From NCBI GenBank assembly GCA_010909165.1, contig MU008168.1:1426001-1490000 (forward strand): a stretch of 64,000 bases of DNA. Direction: 5' to 3'. This document shows, in pieces, positions 1 through 11,049 of the stretch (positions within the stretch are counted from its first letter, which is position 1; each line of letters opens with the position of its first letter). The DNA is from Anthoceros angustus (taxonomy: Eukaryota; Plantae; Anthocerotophyta). The translations under genes were made by a program, and so were the position numbers. The notes under the pieces were generated by a model. That model was not told where the DNA came from. It worked only from the letters and a program-made list of their open reading frames with translations, and made no database searches.

Positions 1-344
1 CTTCTTGCCCCCGAGTGCGCAAACTGTTTGCGCACCTAGATCTTATTGCTCATTTTGCGCAAACAAGCTTGCACACTATCACGTTGGGCGCACAAACTTT
101 GTTTTCGCACTCATCTCGTGATGTCTGTTTTCTAACAAAAATGCTTGTATGGGATGAGCGGCAAACATGCACAAATAGCATATAACTAACGGTTCTGATT
201 ATCTTCACCTCTTCAAAATGGCGGTGCCCAACCATGGATGTAACATATTGTGACCAAATGAACATGTAGGGTGTAGCGCCGCAGGGTTGAACACCACATG
301 AAAATTAGCAAACACCCTCAAAAAGAGCCTAAAAAAAAGCAAAT

Positions 345-427
345 ATGCATACCCAGATATCAGGGCAGTCCACGTCACCACATCCTTTGTATTCATCCTG
401 TCAAAAACCTAGCATGCCTCTTTCAGG
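345..427 (-). pseudogene. Isolated PPR motif fragment
   Basis: Minus strand reads LKEAC*VFDRMNTKDVVTWTALISGYA, a PLS-type PPR junction with an in-frame TAG. Similarity stops on both sides. Confidence 0.7.
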
Positions 428-1352
428 TAGGGTCCGGCAAACTGCTCCAACGGACCCAGGGCGGACGGGCTCAGGTCCTTCCTTCGGCAAGACTGGTGGA
501 TGAGGGGCCCACCGGAGGGTAGGGCCCACCGGCTCCTGGGGAGCAGTCCAATCCGGGCCGAGGTGAGACCCAGAATCCTGCCGGAAGGCAGGGATTAAGA
601 ATAATTAGGCTAGGCGCCCCTTCAACGCTAGGGTTAGGGATTGGTTTGCCCAGCAGCGGAGTCAGCCGGGGTTAGCAACCCAATCGTCATAGGCGTAGGT
701 AGCCACGCGTGAGGGATCCAGTATCCCTCCCGCGTGTGTAGGTAGCTGGTCGTAGGGCCAGCCCATGGGCTGATTCGTAGGGCCAGCCCATGGGCTAATA
801 AAGGCGCAGCTTTAGAGGCTACATAAGAGGGAGATCGCCGCCCCTGTAATGTGATTTTTCCTTTTGGGGTTGATTCCGCATGGTGTATGAAGTCCTTCTG
901 AACCAAGTGTGAGTGCATTGCCTGAGTCACCATGCCGGCGAACTACCCCGGAGAGGATTATCTTGGCTTTGGTGACGAGCCTTAATGCGTGGTGGTGGTT
1001 GTAGGTGTTGAGGCGCCTCTACCCTTGTTCCTCAAGGGCGAGGGGAAGATGTATGGGAGGTTGTTGCCATTGTAATGTGATTTTCTTTTTGGGGTTGAAA
1101 TATTGCGCATTGTTGCATATTGTCCGTAAGAAGTCTGTCCCCCTCGCCATCGTTCTTGCAGAGTTTGCCACTTTCCCGTTTGACTTGAGGGTCTGTTTCG
1201 TCCAACCAACTTCCTATATTGCCTCTATTCTTTAGAGGAAGCTCAATCCACTCACCCCACCTCCACTCCCCCCTACCTCCTCCTTGCTTTCCAATCCTCT
1301 TAGAAGTTAGCCTCTTTAGGTAGTAAGACTTGCTGGTATGCCCAGCAAGTCT

Positions 1353-1883
1353 GGACATACCTTTATAAGAACGTTGTGATTAAGCATCTTGAACTTAGAT
1401 CGGTACTTAGTTGGGGTGCGTAAAGGGAGTGGATGTCCCTTGTACAAGTAGCTTAAGCACACCATGGTACAACCTGAGCTAAGCTTAGATCGGTACTTAG
1501 TTGGGGTGCCTAAAGGGAGTGGATGCCCTTTGTGCAAATAAGCATCCTGAGCTTAGATCGGAACTTAGTTGGAGTGCCTAAAGGAAGTGGATGCCCTTTG
1601 TGCAAGTAGCTTAAGCACACCATGGTACAAGCTGAGCTTAGATCGGAACTTAGTTGGAGTGCCTAAAGGAAGTGGATGCCCTTTGTGCAAGTAGCTTAAG
1701 CACACCATGGTACAAGCTGAGCTTAGATCGGTACTTAAATGGGGTGCCTAAAGGGAGTGAATCCCCTTTGTGCAAGTAGCTTAGGTACACCATGGTACAA
1801 GTTGTTAAATACCAAATCCCATGACGGAAATTCGTCCTTAGTGGACTTAAATAGAATTCTTCTTCTTCTTCTTCTTCTTCTTC
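1353..1883 (+). mobile_element. Candidate 5S rRNA-derived SINE-like element with an internal tandem expansion (5 units of 68-90 bp) and a (TTC)n tail
   Basis: The head ATAAGAACGTTGTGATTAAGCATCTTGAACTTAGATCGGTACTTAGTTGGGGTG resembles the 5S internal control region. Units starting CTTAGATCGG lie at ~1394, 1484, 1552, 1637 and 1722. The element ends GTGGACTTAAATAGAA(TTC)n. Related copies occur at 29.5-31.1 kb. Confidence 0.7.
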
Positions 1884-2047
1884 CTCCATCTTGAAAGAGA
1901 ACAACTCACATCTTAAAAAAAAAAATTCCATTTACGGAGATAAAATATCTCAATTCGAGATGAACAACCCACCTTTTTAAAAAAATGAAAAACCATTTAC
2001 GGATACAAAATATTTCCATTTCGAAATAAAACTATCCTAAGGAGAGA

Positions 2048-2128
2048 CGTCAACAGCAGGGTTCGAACCTGCGCGGGCGAACCCAACAGATTTCAAGTCT
2101 GTCGCCTTAACCACTCGGCCATATTGAC
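2048..2128 (-). tRNA. tRNA-Ser(UGA)
   Basis: Reverse complement is GTCAATATGGCCGAGTGGTTAAGGCGACAGACTTGAAATCTGTTGGGTTCGCCCGCGCAGGTTCGAACCCTGCTGTTGACG. It has a paired acceptor stem, A and B boxes, anticodon arm ACAGA-CT-TGA-AA-TCTGT and a long variable arm. Confidence 0.95.
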
Positions 2129-2375
2129 GCGGTGATAGAACATTTGCATTTTAATTTTATATTGACTTTTTCTTAGCAATTCCAAATTGCTAGGAAATTC
2201 AGAGCCTTCAGAGTTCACATGTCGAGACTTTCTGCACCCCCTGTATTTGGGGGAGTTGCGAGCTGCCAGCATGAATTGCTGCGGTGGAATTGTTGAGAGC
2301 TGCACCTTTTGTGTTCCAGAGAAGGGTACTTGCATGTAGATACCGTATGTGGTGAGCGGATATTGGGACCGCTCC

Positions 2376-5300
2376 ATGAAGATGGATTTCCCAGATGGAT
2401 CGGAGATGGCCCGTTTCAAATCCGAGGGCCACTCTCCCGGTACCATGTTTCAGGCCACCATAAACAAGCGTAATCTAGGCGAGGTCGGCCGGACGTTCAG
2501 GTACACTCCGTTACCTTCCCATGTTTTTGCAGTGTGCATTCTCACTCTTACATATTGCTGTCTTGCCTTCCAGCACAACGGCATGGTCGATGCGGACCAG
2601 CTTGATCGCATGCGCTTCGGAAACATGTGCAAGGGATCCACGGTAAGAATTTTGTCATGGCCGTCTCCATGAATCACTTTTGAAGGAACCCACCTTCAGT
2701 AGGTTCTCAAACTTTGGTGGCTTGTCTGTTCCTTCCTCTGCCAGCTCAAACGTGCAGCAAGGTTTCTGGATCCCTGTTCATATTCTGTCACCTGAGCGGC
2801 CCACAGAAAATGCAACTATCAACGTTCCTGCTGGTATGGTGTTGTTGATGTGGTTCTTCCATCTGTTGATGTCTCACTGTCCCGAATGAGCAGATGTTGG
2901 AGCAGATAGTTATTTCCCTTTGTGGGCATTGTGTCATGGGGCTGGCTGTTATGCTGTGTTGTGTTTACGATCGACAGTGTTTTGCTGTTTTCTTTGCAGA
3001 TTCACCATTTGACTCAATGCAGTCTCTAGAATGGTCGCCTCCATCCTGTCCAACTGCCCTTCTGGCGGTAAACTGTTGCGGGAAAGCAACCATTTGGACT
3101 CATCCTTCTGAAGTATGGAGAAAATTATTGGATATGCTGTTTCTTGGTCATTGTTTATTTGTCATCTTGCTTGTGTAGTTTGTATTGATGGTGAAGAGGA
3201 ATGCCCAGGACCACTGCAATACGGCTCGTGCTATCAACAGCTGGTCATGTGAGCATGGCTGGCGGCAAGAATACACAGCTGTGACGAAGTGGATAAGCGC
3301 AGGCTCTCCGGTATATGATCATGAACATCCTCTAGAATCTTGATGCAATGCACTTCTTCAGGGCTCCTGGCAAGTCACCAGGGATTTCTTACTTGTGGTT
3401 GGGCCATGCATGTGGTTGTTGTTAATCCATGGTACTTTTCACCCTCTGACCAGTTGCATGTGTGTGTGGTTGGCAGTATCGCTGGGAACCAACAACTGCG
3501 GCATCTAAACCATCATTTGAAGAGAGGTTCATCTCTCAGCAGCCAAGGGCTGCTGGTACATTGTTCACACCTTTCTCGTATACTGTCGACTGCATGTGTA
3601 TCTCAAAGTTGGAGTGCTGTATTAGACTTCATACCTTTCTCGTATTCTGGCGACTGCATGTGTATCTCAAAGTTGGAGTGCTGTATTAGACTTCATACCT
3701 TTCTCTCATACTGTCGACTGCATGTGTATCTCAAAGTTGGAGTGCTGTATTAGACTATCTTAGTGTATTTCTGCTGTACATTAATGGTACTAACTCCTTG
3801 CTGACAAAACGTCTAGGAGGTTAATTACTCTGCCAAGTCTCACCTTCTGACAGCAAGCCTGGTGACTTGGCAGCCAGGTGGCCAAACTTTTTGTGCATCT
3901 GCACTGTGTATACCTCCGGCTGTGTCCAGCTTCACTGGCGTCAAACAGGAATAATCGACAAAATTGGAGGCTCCTCGAAATGGCTTTCCACGAACAAGGG
4001 AGCTTTAGGGGCAGGGCCTAGTGGTGTATGGGCTGCAGATGTGATCATCAACGAAGCAGGAATGCTGTTGGTAGCTGGAGTTCCCATAGGGAATCCCTCT
4101 ACTGTTGTTGTTTGGGAGGTGACTTCCAACAATATGGGTAATCCCACCAGCACTCCACAAGTGGCCTTGAAGTTTGGTTCTGGAGCTCTCTCTCCGGGTA
4201 CCATGTCCAATGGCGTTTCCCCTCTAGCAGCGAGCTTATTGAGCTGGCAGCAGCACGCTGATGTGGATGTAAAACCAGGACAATCTGCTGAAACAAAGCT
4301 TGGACCTTTTCTCCACTGCTCTCCTGTCTCAAATTTGGGTGCCTGTGCCAGGGTGGAGGATTCTATCCCACCGGGCATGACTTCTACAGGTTGGGGCTCA
4401 GGAGTTGCAGCTGTAGTCTTTGACCCCTCCGCTAGGGGCTCTGCTATTATAGCTCTTATTATTGAAGGTGAGTTCCATTTCCACCCTTTTCAACTGATGT
4501 GAAAATTCTGGCCCTCTCCAACTCACTTAATAGCAAATCAACGGGTTTTCGGTCTTGTGTGCTGCACTCTGACGAAGATACACGGCATGGCTGAATCACG
4601 TGTTCACACGTGTGCTGGTTCAAGTCTGAGACTAATTCTGGGGAATTGGTTTCTGCGCAGGATACTATGTGTCACCTAACCATCTGGATGAGGGCCCTTC
4701 ATTAACTGGGTGGAAAATACAACGTTGGGAAAGTTCTTCTCAGCAAGTTACAGTCCACCCACTCCTTGAGTCAAGTAGCTTAAATTATCCGTCAGTTGCT
4801 TATCCCATGAAAACAACTTGGAGGATGACTGAAACAAAAAGCCTCGGTCCCTCAAATGCACAAATGCTACCCTTTGCCAAGGAGCGTGTCTTAGGAGAGA
4901 CCCGTCCTTCAGATTCAAGGGCAGTTGCAAAAGTGCTATTCTCTGGTCATGGTGGAGAAGTAGCTGTTACTTTGGCATCAGGAGATGTACAGGTACTTTC
5001 AGGGCAGAATTTCACCTTGTTGGAGAACTTCAATCTAGGGTCTTGCTACTCTGCTACTTGTCCAGCCTTCTCTCCCAATGGGTGCTGTGTGGCGTATGTC
5101 TGGCACCATGGGAGCCTGTGTTCCAGTATACTTAAAGTGGTGAGAATTCGACCGCTGGTTGCTGTTACTAGTCAAGGAATGTCCAGCTCAATGTCATGGG
5201 AACGGCATCTGGCAGACAGGTTTGTTGTGTGACAACGTATTGACTTGCCTTTCATTATGCTGTTGCGTATGTTGGTTCTTACTATTTTCCTCTTCATGCC

Positions 5301-7869
5301 ATAGATTTTGGTGGAGCGTTGTAAATACATTTGATTGGTGGGATATTTCTGCTTCTATACAAAGTGTAGCGGAGGAGGGCATAGGTGACTCTCACAATAG
5401 CTGACTTGCTTCTAGTCAACTGGATTTGCTGGCATTTCCCTATGCGTTCTTTGGAGAATGAGGAGAAAATCATGCTTGTATCAATCCTTGTCTTTTATTT
5501 GAATCAGCTGGTCTTTTTTGTTTTGTGCTCAGTGTCTGTCAGCAGGGTGCTGGCTATCTTGGATGCAGACTTCCACGCGCTACCAAGTGCAACTCATCGC
5601 CAGTGTTATGGACCTGTACGTATGCTAACAGATTGCGTTTTAACCTTTGATGCTGGATAAAATAGGGCTTCTTGTGTAGTGTGGCTTGGAAAATCTTATG
5701 AAAACACTCAGACAGGGCATTCTGGTAAGGGACTAACAGGGGTTGGTGATGTTCTACAACAGGCTTTGGATTGCTTGAAGTGTCAGGTTCTTGAAGGGGT
5801 GGATGCAACCGATGTCCGTGCTCTAGTGGTTGATATGCAAGCGAGGCTGCTGCTGGAATTTCTGAGGAAGAGTTTAGATGCAGCCTTGATCAACCCAGCC
5901 ACTCTTATTGCAGACCCATGGCAAGCCTCTAATGAGGTTCTGTCTGGATTGGGACCAGACGCCATGGCTGTTGATGCAGCACTAGTACCAATCATTCAGG
6001 TTTCAGTCTTCCTTAGGATGGAACTCTGGGGGATTGCTTGTCTATGAATCTTGCTGGACATAGTTATGTTTGTCTTGCAGGGACATGTGGACTGTATTCT
6101 GGACATGGCGTCGCATTTCTTGACACGATTACGCCGCTATGCAAGTTTTTGTCGGACTCTTTCACAAGCTGCTGTAAACAGTTCCTCGAACAATGGATCT
6201 AGTCGTTTTGTTGGGCACATAGGCACTATAACTTCCAACGCAGGACCCCAGGGTATTTCTTATCTTTAGCCAATGTTTGCTTGTTGTATCAATTTTGTAA
6301 TATTTGGAAGTGTTTGTTGGTAGATTGAAGTGGCCCAATTCTGCATTTTCAGCCATGAACTTTACACACTTGGCAGGTCTAGCTGACTCTGGTTATCTAT
6401 TCCTTTCCAGGAGCACAGGCTGCCCCTACTAATGGGGGCACTGCACAGCTGCATGCGTTTGTGCAGGGTGCCATGGCAAAAATTCACAATAGCACAGAGG
6501 GAGGTGGAGCAAGTACTGTTACAAGTGTCGGTACTCAAAATTCCACCTTCTCGCCAACCACTTTGAACACATCAACATTTCCAGGCATTCCATGTGTGCG
6601 GCTGGTGGGAGATGCATACTTTATTCACAAGCTCTGCCAGCTGCTTTTGTTCTGCCTTCTCTTCAGAAAAAGGCAACAACGGCTAGGTCCGGGCAAGACT
6701 ACTTCAGGTAATCCAAGAGCTTATTTTGGCGATTCTGTTGTGTTTCCTTCGGACACAACAGATGTGTTGAACATCTGTTTCAGCTGGGCAGGCAGCTGAA
6801 GACTACGTGCCTCCACGCAATGCAAGGATAGGCAGTGGGAACGTTAGTCATGGATACACTGCTGACGAGGTTTGTTGGGACCAGTATCTGGTCTGAAGCT
6901 CATTATGCAACAGCATAGCAATTGAAGTGCGATGAAGAGTTTGAGGTTGCTACTTGCAGGTGAAGTTCCTATTTCTAGTACTGGTGGAGCTGTGCAAGAA
7001 GACGTCAGCTTTGCCACATCCTCTACCCATCTCCCAAGTGGGATTTGTCAATCAAACAGTGAAACTGCATCATGTCGATGGACAATACAATGTGGTGCCG
7101 GAGATTGTGGAGTCATCACTTGGGCCTCATGTTCAGGTCTCTCTTTCTCTGCTCCACAATTGATGGCCTAAAGAATCATGCTCTAGCTCATTTAAGTGCA
7201 GCTATCTAAAACAGCTACTGATTGCAGAGTGGGATTCAATCCGTCCTTATTTCTAGCTAGTATTGGAGCTCCGCTTTGCTAATTCATGCTGAAACTCTTG
7301 TTGCAGAACTTGCCTCGGCCTCGTGGAGCTGATGCAGCAGGGTTACTGATGCGTGAGCTTGAACTCCATCCACCTGCAGAGGAATGGAATTTTCTTGTTA
7401 TGTCCAGTGGGGTGATGGATCTAGATGTTGACAGAAAGGAGAATGATTCAAGGTCAAGATTAGTATGGCCCAGAAGGCGAAAGCATGCAGAGATGAATGC
7501 TGCCTGTGGAGTAACTACTGGCAGTACCTGTGGGAGCTATACTGGACTGCTAGGATCAAGGCGAGACTCGATTACGGCTACTTGGAGAACTCCTATGCAT
7601 GGGGCTTGGCATAAGGTTGGGCTCCGTTTTTCTTGTTTCTTGTTTGTCTCTCCATTTGTTTGCATTTTTTAAGATTAGAATTGTTGGATCTTTCTTTGAC
7701 CGCCCGGTTCGGCCAGTGTGTCCGATGTGGACGACACACGGGTAGTCTTGCAGGACCAGCTGGGCACTCAGCTGGTGGCAACGAGGGATATGGGCAAGAG
7801 ATGTGGTGGACTGCAAGGTGGGCAAATAGCTGCCCTGTATGCGGAGGAGAATGGCTTCGGATTGTATAG
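2376..7869 (+). CDS. MED16: Mediator of RNA polymerase II subunit 16 (SENSITIVE TO FREEZING 6), multi-exon
   Basis: Exon peptides IACASETCAR, FWIPVHILSPERPTE, SLEWSPPSCPTALL, RWPNFLCICTV, LVVDMQARLLL, ASHFLTRLRRYASFCRTL, PRGADAAGLLMRELELHPPAEEW and the C-terminal CVRCGR...CPVCGGEWLRIV* match plant MED16/SFR6. The start ATG could be 2376, 2382 or 2406. Confidence 0.92.
3566..3756. repeat. Intronic tandem repeat, 3 x ~64 bp
   Basis: CGACTGCATGTGTATCTCAAAGTTGGAGTGCTGTATTAGACT recurs three times head-to-tail inside a MED16 intron. Confidence 0.9.
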
Positions 7870-8094
7870 CTAGGTCAACAACAGATAAACGATCTGATGT
7901 GTGGCATCCATGCACATCACTTAGCTTTCTGACTCCACATGGTTCAATCTTACTTGTCACGTGGTTGAATCTTAGATGTAACATAACAATGGTTGATCAC
8001 ATAACGAACTTTCAAGTAGCTTCAGGCAAGTCATGATGTCCGAGCGGTGCAGCAGGGAAAGCAGCTTCGCTCACATACAAGCACACGACACAAC

Positions 8095-10530
8095 TGGTTC
8101 ACAGCTGCGAATCACTGTGAACCAGCTGTGAATTGATGCACAATGTACCCATCCCTTACAACAATGTCTCTGTGTTCAAGCCTTGACATGATCTCTGTGG
8201 AACTGTGGCAGTCGCTGCACATGTGAGATTCTTGGTTACCACCAGAGGTGTCGTACTCGGAGTGTTCATGAGACCAAACGCCAGAGCTAGCTTCTCAGCA
8301 TGTCCACAAAGCTCATCTTCCTTTTCCTTCTCAGACATTGGCTTCAACACCAACTTTGTGTGAGGTACATGGCCTCCTTCCTGCTTCAGACTCGAGTTTG
8401 TGCTCGCTACCTTAAGTGCAATATCCTCTCTCCTTTCTCCCACCAGAAATCTATGTACCTGCTTATTCACCTCAATGCTTGCCACTGCAGGTTCCTTATT
8501 AGCGCCTTCTGCCATTCTCCGTGATTCAATCCTGTTTAAATTCGTCCACCAACCTGCATCTGCGTAGGCATTGGCCATGAGCACATATGCGGGCGCCTGC
8601 TGGGGTTCCAGTCTAACCATCTGGACTCTCATAACACCGCAACGCCCTCTCTACATTTCCGTGACTTTTGCAGGCATTTAGCAAAGATGTTAACCCAACG
8701 ACAGTACTATGGCCCTCACATGACAACAGCATCTTTCCAGCCTCATCTAAGTGGCCCGCACGCCCAAGACGATCTATCATACAATTGTAATGCTCAATAG
8801 TTGGTTTGATACCATGCTGTTCAGCCATGGAATCAAACTGCTTGCGACCCTCGTGGACTAGTCCCTCATGACTACATGCTACTAGAAGCGAAGTGAAAGT
8901 GGAATCATCAGGCTGAATACCGGCAACTAACATCTCCTCAAAACAAGCTAGTGCTCTGTTACCATCATCACAAGTACGATACCCTGATATCAGGGCATTC
9001 CATGTCACCACATCCTTTGAGGCCAACCTTTCAAAAACCTGGCGGGCATCTTTCAGTTCATCACATCTCACATCCATGTCCACCAGGCAAGTGCCCACTA
9101 GCACGTCATCCAACTGTCCTCTTTCTACAATCTGTGCGTGGAGCTCCCTGCCCTTCTGTAAGGCAGAAGTGCTTGCTTCAGAAGACAAGCAAAAGCAACA
9201 TGGTGAGCCAAAATCAGGCCCTCCGGCTCCATTTGTCCGTACACAACAAGTGCCTCATGCCCGAAACCTTGCTGGGCATACCCTGCTATCAAGGCATTCC
9301 ATGTCACCACATTCCTTGTAGTAATGCTGTCCAAAATCTGGCGTGCATCGTTCAGTTCACCGCATTTTGCATACCCAGCCATCAGGACATTCCATGTCAC
9401 CACATTCTTTGCAGTAATGCTGTCAAAAACCTGGCGTGCATCTCTAAGTTGTGCACTTTTCTGCCGGATTCCAAGTCCGCGGCAAATGCACAAGCGTGAA
9501 GGGCAGCTACACAGACGTGGGCAGCTAGACAGACGTGGGCATCCGCTTTCACTCCTGACCTACGCATCTCATAGTACAGTTGTGTGGCCACGTTAGGTTT
9601 CCCATGCTTAGCATATGCAGAAATTATGGAAAACCACATGAAGGCATTGGGTTTGCCCACCCTGCTGAGGACATCCATGGCCTCCTTTAGCCTACCTACA
9701 CCTGCATACATGCGCAATATATGGTTCCCAAGTATGATTTCGACTCGTACCCAAGTTTCACAGTAAGGTCATGAATTCTCCGCCCCAAAACCAATCCTTC
9801 TTAGCTTTACACAGTTTTAGAACAGGGTAAAATAATAGTCGCTGAGAAATGGCAGAGTCTGTCTGCGCCAGAGATTCCAGGGCTCCAACAGCCTCAGCAA
9901 GCTTCCCCTGCTGACAAAGCATGCTCACGGTTCCAGCCGTTACGACTCTCATTTCTGATCCTGCAAGCCTGTCAGGTTCAGGCTTATCCGGAGAGCTCGA
10001 GTGGGAAGGAGAGGCACCAGGATCCATCTGCATATCCAAGGAAAGGAGCTGCTCATCAACCCAAGCTGGCTTAAACATGCTGTTTAACCACAGGACCTCG
10101 CCGGACCCCTTTCGCCGGAAGTCAGGCAGACGGAAGCTCTTCTTTTCTCATCTGTTGTCCCACCACATGGTAGGGTCCAGAAATAATTGTTGCCACAGCT
10201 GCTCCTGCTCTTGCTCTTGCTCCTGCTCCTGCTCCTGTTCCTGCTCCTGGCGACCACCATCGCTGAAAACCCCGTCCCTACCTTCGCATTCTCTCGGGAG
10301 TGGAAGTGCTGGGGCACATACGCCGCGGAAGGAGAGGCACCATGACCCATCTGCGTATCCAAAGGAAAGGAGCTGATCATCAACCCAAGCTGGCTTGAAC
10401 ATGCTGTTTAACCCAGGACCTCGCCGGACTCCTTACGCCGGAAGTCAGGCGAACGGGAGCTATTCTGATCTCGTCTGTTGTCCCACCACATGGTAGGGTC
10501 CTGGGGTCCAGCTGTTGCCACAGCTGCTCC
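8095..10530 (-). pseudogene. Frameshifted PLS-class PPR gene with a DYW:KP-type deaminase-like domain
   Basis: PPR motifs are spread over ORFs 9758-10078, 9397-9717, 9125-9493, 8613-9188 and 8156-8632 in different frames. The C-terminus reads KEPAVASIEV...LCGHAEKLALAFGL...VVTKNL, then after a frameshift MCSDCHSSTEIMSRLEHRDIVVRDG. Confidence 0.85.
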
Positions 10531-10774
10531 TGCTCCTTGGCCGGTTGCCGTACTGTGGACATCCTTCAAAGACCGCTGTCGAAAGCCGAATCTTACAACA
10601 CACTATGGCCGGATGCCCGGGCACTGTGTATGACAACACCATCCTCAAGGATAGACAGTGGACAAGGTGTTTTAATGGGTGCCCATGGGCAAAAGACACC
10701 AAAATAAAACATCTGGGACGGAGTCTTAAGATGGTTGCCAAACAGATGAACACCCGACGCCCTCTTTTCTCGTC

Positions 10775-10900
10775 CTCAACAGGTGCATTGGGCAGTCCAA
10801 TGTGGGCACGGCCCGAACACGTTCTTGGCCAATCACATATTTGAGACGTACTCCTCGAATGGCAGTGGAGGACGCAGGTCGAGCCTTTTCCCGACTGCCT
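10775..10900 (+). pseudogene. PPR fragment
   Basis: HWAVQCGHGPNTFLANHIFETYSSNG followed, in a shifted frame, by VEDAGRAFSRLP resembles the first PPR motifs of the other PPR genes in this window. Confidence 0.55.
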
Positions 10901-11049
10901 GCAACAGTCACACGTCCACTAGCCCGCACAGGTCGAGAGCCCAGAGGGCCCAATGGGGATCCAATGATTACTTTAAGGTCAAATTAGAAAAGGATGTAAT
11001 ACACCAGCTGGTAAGAACCATAGCTCTTTGAGAAAATCTTTCCAGGTTC

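Noticed and set aside
1394-1800. CRISPR-like periodic repeats (also 3566-3756 and 14807-14913)
   Set aside because: Units are contiguous with no unique spacers, there are no cas genes, and the context is eukaryotic.
1650-1931. ORF with a poly-Glu tract
   Set aside because: It is the antisense reading of the (TTC)n tail and tandem repeat.
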